A stretch of DNA of 45,436 nucleotides, from contig JBNGIO010006320.1 of the NCBI GenBank assembly GCA_049999805.1, forward strand, positions 418,354-463,789, written 5' to 3'. A model generated the notes under the pieces. That model ran no database searches. It saw nothing but the letters and a program-made list of their open reading frames with translations, and was not told where the DNA came from. The translations under genes and the position numbers were made by a program. Shown here piece by piece: positions 1 through 11,005 of the stretch; the stretch's first letter is position 1, and each line of letters starts with the position of its first letter. The DNA comes from Folioceros fuciformis. Taxonomy: Eukaryota.

Positions 1-90
1 GTGGGGCGGGGAGGGAGCAGCGGCAACGGCTTGCATTGATGCGGATTCCAGAGGAGGCGTGAAGGTCCTGCACGGGGAAGGAGGAGGAGG

Positions 91-1279
91 ATGGCGCAGA
101 AGGTGGATCCGCCCAACGGCGTAGTCCCGCCGGGGAAGCACCACTACATGCTTTGGCGGACCGTGTTCGAAATCGACACCAAGTATGTGCCCATTAAGCC
201 CATTGGCAAGGGCGCCTACGGGGTGGTGTGCTCTGCGCGCAACGTGGAGACGGGGGAGAAGATTGCCATCAAGAAGATCACCAATGCGTTCGAGAACACC
301 ACCGACGCAAGGCGCACGTTGCGGGAGATCAGGTTGCTGCGCCATCTTAGCCACGAGAATATCATTGCCGTGAAGGACATCATGAAGCCGGTGGGCAGGC
401 AAACCTTCAACGACGTCTATCTCGTCTACGAGCTCATGGACACGGACCTGCACCACATTATCCGTTCCTCTCAGACGCTCACGGACGAGCATTTCCAGTA
501 CTTCATCTACCAGGTCTGTGTGCCTCCCTGCCGTGCCGCCGTTGTGGGTTTGCGGGCTTGTGTAGGGGTGTGTCTCAAGGATTGTGGCTCTGCAGCTGCT
601 GAGGGGTCTGAAGTACGTGCATTCCGCTAACGTGCTGCACCGAGATCTTAAGCCCAGCAACCTGCTACTCAACGCCAGTTGCGATCTCAAGATTTGCGAC
701 TTCGGCCTGGCGCGGACTGGGAGCGAGAAGGGGCAATTCATGACCGAGTATGTGGTCACCAGGTGGTACAGGGCACCGGAATTGCTGCTCTCCTGCGAGG
801 AGTACACCAGTGCTATTGATATGTGGTCGGTGGGGTGTATCTTTGCGGAGTTGCTGGGCAGGAAGCCCATCTTTCCCGGGAAGGACTACATCCACCAACT
901 CAAGCTCATTATCAACCTCATTGGCACCCCGGATGAGAGTGACCTGCATTTCATCCAGAATCCCAAGGCCCGCAACTACATCCAGTCCTTCCAGTTTGTC
1001 CCCCGTGTCTCTCTTGCCAGGCTCTATCCGAGGGCTAACCCCTTGGCTATCAACCTCATTGATAGGATGCTTGTTTTTGATCCTCGAAAGAGGTTGACTG
1101 TAACGGAAGCCTTGGAGCATCCCTATTTGGCCATGTTGCATGACGGAACTGTGGAGCTTACCGCTCCTGCACCCTTTGAGTTCGAGTTTGAAGAGGAAGA
1201 TCTCAAGGAGGATGCCCTGCGAGAGAGAGTGTGGAATGAGATGCTGTGCTACCACCCAGAAGCAGCCAATGACCCCTGA
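91..1279 (+). CDS. Mitogen-activated protein kinase, TEY type, group C-like (MPK1/2/7/14 family); exons 91-513 and 596-1279
   Basis: Kinase motifs [27 protein letters not shown], activation loop [15 protein letters not shown]. One GT-AG intron (514-595) joins [11 protein letters not shown] in frame. The N-terminus ([25 protein letters not shown]) and the single intron at this position resemble plant group C MAPKs. Confidence 0.95.
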
Positions 1280-2358
1280 ACCCTTTCACTTTCTTCAAAC
1301 CTCCTCCCCTCCCTTCCCTTCTTTTTTTCTTTCTTTCCCTTCCAATCTTCTCCCTAAGCTTTCTACAATCTCTCCAGGCTGTGAATATGCGACTACACTG
1401 GGAGCCACCCCCTCCAGACAGTGGGCTTCCCAATAAGTAGATGCGTCAGCATGTACAGAGGAGGTAGTTTCTCTCACAGCTTGTTAGTGTGTATCAGCGC
1501 CTGCCTTTTCCATCCATCCTTCTTTGTACCTGGAAATTCCACTTTTTGTTCCCCAATTGCTGCTCTCAGATTTCTTGACGGGCTATACAACTAACAACAA
1601 TGAGCACCCGGAGTGTGGTTCGCTTCCCTGTTCACTTGCTGTTAGCAGCCCTAAACCGGGTCATGTAGTAGCACTGGAGTCCCCTCTTTGTCCAATCTCC
1701 TCGCGTTTTCTTCCTGGGAAAGGCGGGTATGGCAAGAGCGTGACACAGATGGTCAGCCTCTCTAGCGGCAGTCCTGCATGTTGGTCACTGGATAACGTTG
1801 ATGACATGGATGTGATGAGGAGAAGGACGTCGGTTTTCTTGAGTCACAGATTGTTCATGGTCAGCGTGCTCCCTTCCGGAGGTACAGTACATGCACAGGG
1901 CTGACGCACCTGGAGCCTGCCTATCTTGCCTTGTTAGGGCTAGGCTAGGGATGCATGAGTAAATCAAAGAAAGCAATAACCTGTTTGCCTACCTTGCCAT
2001 GGTGTGACTGAACGTACTGGGTAACGGTTGATAACTGATGTGCAGCAAATGTTACCCCTCCCTCGTTCTTATCATCGGCTCGTCTATTCCTGCCTCGTCA
2101 ATCATTCTCGTTTCATTTGCTAGTACTGCGTATCACCTGTAACGGTTTCTAGGTGTCAATGCTTCCATGTGCCTCAGCACAACTGCAATTGGTCAAATAT
2201 CTCTTCATTACAATTCGATCACCTCAGGACCTAGAAGTCTCCATTAATGCAGCATGATGCGGATCATACCATGGTAGCCTGTAAGTAGGTAACTTGTGAC
2301 CCACCAGATAAACTATACACTCCACCCGAGGCCAGACGCAGAGTTGTGGCATTTAATA

Positions 2359-4358
2359 CTAAAAATCCTCAAAGAATTTAGCAAAGCTGCTGTATCTCGG
2401 TTTCCAGTTGAGACTCTCCCTCGTGACATTGTTGGTCATCCTCTTCCCAAGAGGCCCAGAGGCAGCTACAATCATAAAGAAAATTATCTATTAATATACT
2501 TTGGAACGTGCCAAGATACTCAGAGTCTTGCGATGCTTCAGAAATCAGAATCGAACAACCTCTTCACACTGCGATCAGACTCACTTGTAAATCCTTTGAA
2601 CTCCCCTTCAAACTTCCCGCTCTTTCTTGCTGCCTCCATGATCTCCTGCCTGCAAAGCATTCACCGAAAGTCGACGGCGGAAAATGTGCAGCTTAGAGCC
2701 AAGGTCTGTAAGTCCAGAAATCAACCTTAACCTGACCTGTCCAGTGATCAATCTTGACTTCCGAGAGTGCAATTATGAGGTGACAGCAGGATCTTAAAAG
2801 AAGGGGATCCCACCTTGAGATTGGTGAACTATCACAACCCACGAACACCTGTTTTGACGTCCTTGCTTTCAGAGCGGCCACACATAGAGACGCCGCATCC
2901 TGAATGATACCAGCAATCACAAAGACAGCAATGGTGAGAAACGGTTGCTCCACCTGTGCATAGGAACCTCGGGAATACAAATATAACCCTACAATAGGGG
3001 TTGGAAAGCAAGCAGCTACCTCATAATGGATCAAGTTGATGACGTGATCTGGCCTTGCATCCACAGTGCCGACTTTAAGCCAGTAGATGTGTGCACCACG
3101 GTCACCAGTGTGTACAACTTTGAAGTTAAGCTACCCCCTAGCATCAAACATCTTGTTCCCGGCTACATTTCCTCATGACAGGCTTAAAAACAATTGTGTG
3201 AGGATATATAGAGGCCGGCCAGGCGGACGACGTTCCCACCAACTTTCAACACCTCGTCCTCTGCATACAAAAGCCGATCGGTTCGTGGGCTCACACCTTT
3301 GGCTACCACAGGAGCCACACCCTGTCCACAGAAATCACCTTCGGTCGCATCAATACCAACGACAAGGTCGAACATGTTGAGAACAGGGCGAGCTGAAAAT
3401 TTGAACTCTTGCCTCATCGCAGGGTCCATTGTCGCTCACATCAAAGACGGAACTGGCGGACGTAAATAGCAGAGACCCCTCTCCATTCCACCTCTGCGCA
3501 GCTGCTCTGCATGTCACCGATGAGAGCTGTAACCAACACGAATGCATGCTCTATTCATTCAGACAACCAACAAAGAAGTTTGATAGACATTCGAATGGAT
3601 TCAGGTGTCTACAATGCACACCTCACTTCCGCCGCGTAATCCTCATTCCCGTACGGAGGAGCGCAGAAAACAACATAAGGGTATTTGTCTGTCGCTTGGT
3701 CATCCTTGACCACTGGCAAAATACCCAGGGAACGTAGTTCTTCGTGGTGAATGCTCGTCCTTGTTTGGCCAACAACCTTGCTGCCTTCGAATTCCTGTCA
3801 TGCAAGTTTCCAGTCCACGCTCGTCAAACGCCGGAACTGCGAAGATCAACCACAAAAACCCTCACAAAGCACGGGCAGGTGGAAGCAAAGCAACCTCAGC
3901 ACACATTCCACACCTGAAGCCAATGCTGCGCAATGAGTCTCCCGAGTACCCCAGGGCCAACAACTAGAAGATCTTTCTCTGCCACTGGAGATGCCCGTGC
4001 TTCATCCTGGCCTGCCGAAGATTCAGATACCTGACCCATCCCCTTCAAAGAGGTGTCCACACTACGACTCCTCCCGCCTGTGAGGACCAAAGCCAACCGG
4101 CCGCCTCCGTGAGAAGAAGTCCTTGCCTGCTACAGGCACCAACCCAGAAACAAACCCAGTTCCTCAAGCTATTCCTCCCAGACAAATGCTGTTGCAGGAC
4201 GAAAACAGAAACGCCTGAACAAAAACCTTGGAGAAAGTGCCGATGTATGAGCCGTAGCGGTGCTGGCCGGTGCGGTGCAGGCATTGAGGCCCCAGACCAA
4301 ACAATGGGCTGGCAAACACAGAGAGGTCAGCACGGATCAGTTGGTTACACATGGCCAT
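2359..4358 (-). CDS. EMB2799: NAD(P)-binding Rossmann-fold protein, probably plastid-targeted (At2g39080/EMB2799-like); exons 4358-4227, 4126-3914, 3794-3622, 3506-3413, 3321-3208, 3109-3020, 2899-2814, 2649-2585, 2465-2359
   Basis: Spliced translation gives DLLVVGPGVLGRLIA, YVVFCAPP, WNGEGSLLFTS, SPRTDRLL, VVRLAGLY, RGAHIYWL, DARPDHVINLIHYEDAASL, GPLGKRMTN, WKPRYSSFAKFF, matching the recalled At2g39080 family. All joins keep frame. The first exon/start is least certain. Confidence 0.85.
3110..3207 (-). other. U12-type (minor spliceosome) AT-AC intron
   Basis: Minus strand: 5' end ATATCCTC at 3207, branch point CTTAAC at 3130-3125, 3' end ...GTACAC at 3110. Removal joins LAGLY|TGDRGAH in frame, collinear with the family motif GLY.xxRGAH. 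Confidence 0.9.
3322..3412 (-). other. GC-AG intron
   Basis: Minus strand GAG|GCAAGA donor and ...GGACAG| acceptor. Removal gives PCDE|GVAPVV, collinear with the family. Confidence 0.75.
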
Positions 4359-6528
4359 CACGAAATGCTGCCAAACCCTCTGTTTCAGTCTCCTTCTTGA
4401 ATGAGTTTGAATCACGTACATACCGGGCCGGGGGTTTTGGGTTTTTCCTTGATCGCAAATAGCAGAGACCGTACTGGTGGTTTGTCCCGGTATGGCACAG
4501 ACCTTGGACTACGTCCCCCACCGAGGTCGAGGTGCGGAAGTGATGATTCATGGGGTCAGGAGAAGTACCCTGGTGATTGTTATTCGGCTTGGGCTTCGGG
4601 ATGTAAGGATGACAGATGCATCGGTTATCTGAGCCCCAGCTGGACATTCTTCTACTGGGAATCTTTGCATACGCAGTGCAAGGACCGTGGAGGCCCCCCT
4701 CAGGAGCCCCATGTCCACAGTGTAGGTGCCCCAAGCTCCACGACACAAGCTGTGTTTGTCGTTCCTTGCTCTGCATTTGGTGTTTCGTGGTTGTTAAGGA
4801 TGGAGTGGCTTGCATTGTCACTTATGGCTGAGTTCAGGAGCCCAGCAGATTGTACAAAGAAGGTGAATATCCTTGTTCAGCGAATCTCATGATGCATTCA
4901 TCCGTTTCGGTAGGTAGAGTGCATGCAGTAGGTGGACGGCTGGGGACTGGGAAAGTGGGAAGGACAGCTTTCAAGGTGATACTCCAATGTGTTTCGTGCG
5001 GACTGGGGTGGGATAAGGAGCAAACAGCCCGTGCTTTCAGCTCTAAAAAGGCGAGCTCTGAAGGTCAAATCAACAGTTACACCATGACAATCCAGTTATC
5101 CTCAGATAAAGTGGCCAGAGCCTGTGTCTGCAATGGAATTCAAATTCGTGTTCTGGGGCTGATGCAAGTCTTGAAGGTGCTTATCAGGATTTGTTGAAGG
5201 TTGAGGCAGACATGAGTGAGAGAATGACGTGGAGGGACAGAATTGAAAGGTCTGAAAACTGAGCTCGCGAGGCCTTTCCTACTCTGTGGAGCCTTTTTTT
5301 TTTGTTGGTGAAGTCCGAGAAACGCAAAGCTGGCAATCACGCGAATGGTTGTTTTGGCGTGACGCTGTTGATGCACCTTTTAGAGAGCATCGTGTCCGAG
5401 CACCTTGATGCATCTTGCGTTGAACGGGTTCCTGAAAGTCGGTGAATGATTGGGAGGCTACGTGGGCACCAGGATATGAAAGGGACTGAGCAACAGCAGA
5501 GAGCCATGCTTTTGCATGGACAACATGGGACTACCACTCTTGCTGAACACATGCTGTTAATTGGGGTGTAATCTTACTCTGCATCAGGTGTTGTAAAGTA
5601 GGCAACTCGTTTATAAAAAACTCTCAGTGCACGAAACACGAGCTTAATCGCACCACCATGGCTATGGTGCTTCACAGGCCTTAAAGCTTGGCCATGGCAG
5701 CGAGGGCATCCAGGCGTGCCTATGCATTATGCAAAACTACTTAGAAAATAAAATTATGAAAATAAAGACGGTAAAATATACTTGGGGCATGATAACATAT
5801 TGTTGTTTATGCATTAATTAATTTAATAATACCCATTTGAACCACCCTCGGGGTACGGTATGAGACTAAAGTTTGGATAGCCCACAATCGGGCATAAGAT
5901 AGTGCTTTTTGGCAAGCGTGGTTTGACTGGTTTCCTCGTCGATTACTCCCTGAATGTGGGCCGTGGTTGTGGATTGTGGGTTGTGATCGCTGCAGATCTC
6001 ACTGAGTGACTGTGGGAGCTCATGGGGTAGGAAGGAAGTTCAACGGTGTGGGTCACGTTTGAGTGAAATTCGATCAGCTTGACAGGCCACGCCGGCGGAC
6101 AGACATTCCCACTAAGTACTCAATCCGGCCAATGGCCATGGATTTCTCAGGCGAGGTCACACTGTTGTCTAAATCCTGAAGCAAATGACAAGTGCCACGA
6201 ATCGTGAGTGAGGGAGGTTGAGCACGGGGTTCTGAGATATAGAAATTTGGATCGACGTGTACCAAAGGAACCAATCCATCCACCTGGAGGCGGTGCGAGT
6301 CCTGCTGTTGCTTCTGGCACACGGTGTGCAGTACCATGCGGTGTTGGCAATGAGAGCATCACCAGGTTGAGCAAGGAGGCTGGAGTGCTTTTCTTCTTTT
6401 CTTGTAGAAGATTCCGCTGTTTTAGTTTTTATTGCCCCGCCCTTCCCCACAGAGACCTGATGTTGTCGTATTGGTTCTACCTGTGATCGTTGTACCAGTC
6501 AGAAGATGCCCTTCGCTTTTGTTTGCCA

Positions 6529-6840
6529 CGGATAGCGCTGGGCACCATGTGCTAGATTTTTAGATCGTTGTTTGGAAGCAGAATGATGAATGGAATCACC
6601 GCCTAGACTATGTCTGTGCACTCATGGGCCGTGTGCCGTCGGGCGTCGGTACTGAAGTTCGGGTGGAGCGGGCCCTTGTGCTATCGGATAGCCCTGGGCT
6701 GCTGCGCATGTGCCAGATTTTTAGATGGTTTGGTGCCGATGCAGTTGTGATCAATTCTCTCATCAACACCTAGACTACTCCATCGGTGAGTCGTGGCCTG
6801 CGAAGATGGAGGCATCGTGGAGCGGGCCCTTCCGCTACCC
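6529..6840. repeat. Degenerate tandem duplication, ~155-bp period, 2 copies
   Basis: Shared blocks CGGATAGC (6529, 6685), CATGTGC.AGATTTTTAGAT, CCTAGACTA and GTGGAGCGGGCCCTT (6663, 6817). Confidence 0.75.
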
Positions 6841-6934
6841 GTCCACGTTATGGAAATGTCGGTGACCTGCCTCCGGGCCCCCGAGCTCCCCTAGTCCCCA
6901 TCGCCCTTTCCCTCTGCCCATTGGTGCCTTTACT

Positions 6935-6992
6935 AGACGCGGTTGCGTTTACCAGACGCGGGCTGAGACGCGGGCGCTTTTAGGAGACGCGG
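6935..6992. promoter_or_regulatory. Cluster of four AGACGCGG motifs (CGCG-box-like)
   Basis: Exact 8-mer at 6935, 6954, 6966 and 6985. ACGCGG fits the CAMTA CGCG-box consensus; function is inferred. Confidence 0.4.
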
Positions 6993-8280
6993 CCCGTCCT
7001 AGGCTGGGCTGCCTTTTACAAATGGACGAGCAAATTGAGAGATACGAAAGGCGGCACAGCTAGTAGGATAGATAGCACGGCCTTGCAACATGTGCTGCAT
7101 GTTTTACATATTCCAGATTACCGCGCACTATAATAACTGTAAATCTGGGACCCAACAACACCGAGAGACAAAGATATGTTCCGGATGAGGTTACATGCAT
7201 ATATCAGGCACCGTATCACCTATCAAAGCTGGGGGAAGAGCAAGGTTCAGAAGCCAGACCTGCATATACTTGTGAGAACAACGCCCTCCAGAGGCAAGCC
7301 TCAATGCAATTTGTGCAGGCTGCTAGTTGGGATCAATGCTGTAATACCCACCACATGAGCGTAGCTCCATCAACTGTGTAATCCATGCAATCTCAGATTG
7401 CTTGCCTGCAACAGGACTATGTAGCTTCAATGGCCCCCCAAGAGCATATGCAGAAGCGGTGTTTGTGTCCCAATGCACGTACGTACAATGAAGGGCAGAC
7501 GAGCATCATACCGTCATGTGGAAGAAGGCGGGGGGAAGGGGAAGGGAAGGGAAGGGCGGGGTCGTGGAAGCATGAAGAAAAGGAGGGAGGGAAGGAGGGT
7601 ACTGTAGTCGCCGTGCACTGTATTGAGATGCAGTCCACCGACAGGAGATGAGACAAAAAAGTGCAAAGCGGCAGAGAGGCGCAGGGAATCAAAAGAGCAT
7701 GGAGTAACAGAAATTGTTAAACAATTTGCACGCAAGTTGTGTCAACTTGTCAGCCGGGGTGCCGAGGTAGTGACACAAAGTCACACAGTCAAAGTCTGAG
7801 CTGCACATGGTGGAGGAGGGTAGCATCCAGCCATCATATAGCCGCCAGATGGTGATGATGAGTTTGTGCCAGGACATGTGTCCAGCCCGAGGGACATCTG
7901 TCAGCCAGGCTTAGCTGTTGCAGCGTCTCACGTAGCCGTCAGGCAACTGGGCCGATCGGCGCAGCTTTACCTGGCCCTGGCAATGCACGCGCACGCACAC
8001 ACACCATTCCACGCGGACATGCTCGCATCGCCTCGGCCAAACACCTTCCCAGTTCAAACAAATTTACTGTACATGGGCGCCCCTCCACGCTCCACCAGCC
8101 CCTGTCTCTGCCCGTGCACCTGCACCTGCAGGCCCAGCCCCCGGCCCGGCCTGCCACAATAAATGGCCGCGGACCCATACAACCGGATGGACTGCCCTCC
8201 CCCGCTCTTCCTCCTCCCCAATTTCCACTCCCCGGGCCTCCTTCTCGACACAATTTTGCACACTGTCCGCGGCGATAGAC

Positions 8281-10536
8281 ATGGGCCTCGCTGCTGCCTG
8301 CATGGCGTGCGCCGCCCTGCTGGCTCTCGCCCTTCTTGCGGGCGAGGGAATTCGGCTGCTGCTGGCCTACAGCAGGCACATGGTTATCAAGAGAACCATG
8401 CAGAGGCAGGGCGTGACCGGGCCCGAGTACAGATTCGTCATAGGCAACATGTTCGACATCTCCAAGTTCAAGGACCAGGCCGTTGCGCAAGACTTGCCTG
8501 TCGGGTGTCACGACATTGTGCCCAGAATCATCTCGCACTACTGGGTTTGGTCGCAGCAATACGGTGCGCCGCCTCCTCTTTTGGTTGCTCGCAATACCAA
8601 CGCGTTGTTTCAACCTCCCACCAGTTCCGAATTTGTGATCCTGGGCGCGTGGGTTTGGGGTTTTGGACCTGCCAGACTAAATCATTCTGTTGCCGCATTG
8701 TGTGGGCAGGGAAGAGATTTTTGTTCTGGTGGGGGACGGAGCCGAGATTGACCGTCACGGAGCCGGAACTGATTAAGGAGATCATCTCCTCTAAGTTCGG
8801 GTTCTTCGAGAAGTCTCAGTTGCAGCAGAAGATGGGACGTTTTATTCTCGGGAAAGGTTTGGTTCTGGCGCAAGGGGAGGATTGGGCGAAGCAGCGTCGG
8901 GTTGTTGGGCCGGCGTTTCACGTGGAAAAGCTCAAGGTATTCAAGGACGGTGCCTTTATTTCTTGGATTTGCGGTTGTTGTTGTCGATGATGTGATGTAT
9001 ACGTGCTGGGTGAATTCAGCCTGAAGGAAAGAAGAAAGGGTGCTGAGGGAGTGTGCTGGTGTTGTGCAGGGAATGGTGGGGTCCATGGTCAAGAGCACAG
9101 CTCAGATGCTGGAAAGGTGGGACAAGATTGTTGCGGATGGGGCTGGAGCAGCGGAAGTGGAGGTGAATGAGCACTTCTCCATGCTCACGGCGGAGATCAT
9201 TTCCCAAACTGCCTTCGGTAGCAGTTACGAGAAAGGGAAGCGCGTGTTCCAGAAGCAAGTGCAACTGCAGAAGCTGTCTGTCAAGTCCTCGAAGTATCTT
9301 CTCATACCGGGCTACAGGTTAGCTCGTGACTGGGTGTGGAACAAATGGCGAAGACTGAGTTCAGAACGTTGGTGTTGGTGTTGGTGGTTGTTGTTGTTGG
9401 ACGGTGAGAGGTGTTGAATATTTCCCTGACCGCTACGAGCTCGGAAACGGATGGACGATGTGCAGATTCCTGCCCACCGCGTCCAACAGAGAGATCTGGA
9501 GATTAACATCGGGCATCGAGAGGTCTTTAAGTGAGATTGTGAAAGCACGGAAGGACTCCATCAGGCTGCTAGGAGATAGGGCAACTCTGACTGGCACCAC
9601 GGATCTTCTGGGAATGATGCTGGCTGTGACTCAGGGAGTTGCATCTCAGAAGAACCCGAAGCATCCGGAGTTGACAGCACAACAGCTCGTGGACGAATGC
9701 AAGACGTTCTTCTTCGCAGGCCACGAAACCACTGCGTTGTTGCTTACGTGGACCATGATGCTTCTGTCCCTGGAGCCAGAATGGCAAGAGCGAGCCCGTG
9801 CAGAAGTGGACGAGGTGTGCAAGGGAAAGCTTCCCCAGGCTGACATGCTGTGCAAGCTCAAAGTTGTAAGATACAGCGCCTTCCTCCCCAGCCCAAACTT
9901 TGTCTTGACGAGTGTGATGCAGTTGAAAGAAAGAAAGGAAAGGAGGGTTGAGAGCAGTCGCAGGCGCAGGCGCAGGCGCAGGCGTGGGTTACACCATAAT
10001 TGCGTTTGGTTAGGAGAAGAAAGAGTGGCTCTGACAGTGGGTTTGTGGCGTGGCAGTTGGGGATGATCCTGAACGAGTCCCTCCGACTGTATCCTCCTGC
10101 CTCATTGCTTTCACGGCAAGCACTCAAGGACATGGACCTAGGAGACTTGTTCATTCCAGCAGGACTGTCCGTGTTTGTACCAATTCCTGCTATTCATCGC
10201 GATCCAGAAATATGGGGCCCGGATGCGCATTTATTCCGGCCTGACAGATTTGCTGATGGGATCGCTAAAGCCTGCAGGCACCCAATGGGATTCTTGCCGT
10301 TTTCTTCAGGTCCAAGAAACTGTGTTGGTCAAGCGTTTGCGACGATGGAGGCCAAACTGGTGTTGGCTATGATTCTTCAAAGATTTTCCTTCCTGCTATC
10401 CCCCAACTACTGCCATTCGCCTATCTCTGTGCTCACTCTGAAACCACAGTACGGGATGCAGCTCGTTCTGCAGAAGCTGAACAGACCGCGAGCAGTTGTG
10501 GATTTATCAAGAACATCGCAAAATAGTCAAGCCTGA
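8281..10536 (+). CDS. Cytochrome P450, CYP72 clan (CYP735/CYP715/CYP709-like); exons 8281-8563, 8710-8936, 9070-9317, 9466-9865, 10057-10536
   Basis: N-terminal membrane anchor, I-helix DECKTFFFAGHETTA, K-helix ESLR, PERF-like FRPDRF, heme motif FSSGPRNCVG. Five-exon structure typical of the CYP72 clan; all GT-AG joins keep frame. Confidence 0.93.
9959..9983 (+). repeat. (CGCAGG)n microsatellite in P450 intron 4
   Basis: Four tandem CGCAGG units. Confidence 0.85.
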
Positions 10537-11005
10537 CATAGCATATGCTTTTTGACCCATTTAATTTATCTAGTTTCAGGTAGAGAGACGTACAGTACAG
10601 TACTCCGCTCTTCACGGAACGGCAGCCACGCAGCCGGATCATTCATGGTACAGTCAGTACATACAATAGCCGCTGGAGAAAAACGGATACGTGTACTGCT
10701 ACCACTCCCCACCCCTGACCATCACCCTCAACTCCCTCACCTCCCTGACACATTCCTACTCCACTCATGCTCATGCAGCAGCCATACTACACCAATCACC
10801 AACTGCGTCCGTGCCCGCGCTTGTACAAATCTTATTACATATTCTGGAAAGAATAAAATTATCAAATATTTCGCTACAATCCCAATTGGGTTCACTGAAA
10901 TAGTCCGTACTAGACAAGTTCCTCCGGGAGGAAGACACCATCCGCGAGGCGCAAGCCACAAGCCAAAAGCCGCAAGCCAGCGCACTAACCAATCCGCCAC
11001 CGACC

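Noticed and set aside
4540-4632. GTGATGA...CTGA pair suggesting a C/D snoRNA
   Set aside because: No terminal stem and no convincing rRNA or snRNA complementarity that I could identify.
4401-4892. 163-aa plus-strand ORF containing GPGVLG, divergent from the Rossmann gene
   Set aside because: No recognisable domain. It overlaps the expected promoter of the neighbouring gene, and the motif match looks coincidental.
6583-6655. ATGATGA...CTGA C/D-like pair
   Set aside because: The boxes are not kept in the duplicated copy and no target was recognised.
6847-6921. Minus-strand ATG giving MGRGK..., like a MADS-box start
   Set aside because: The sequence diverges immediately (GRWGLG) and stops after ~23 codons.
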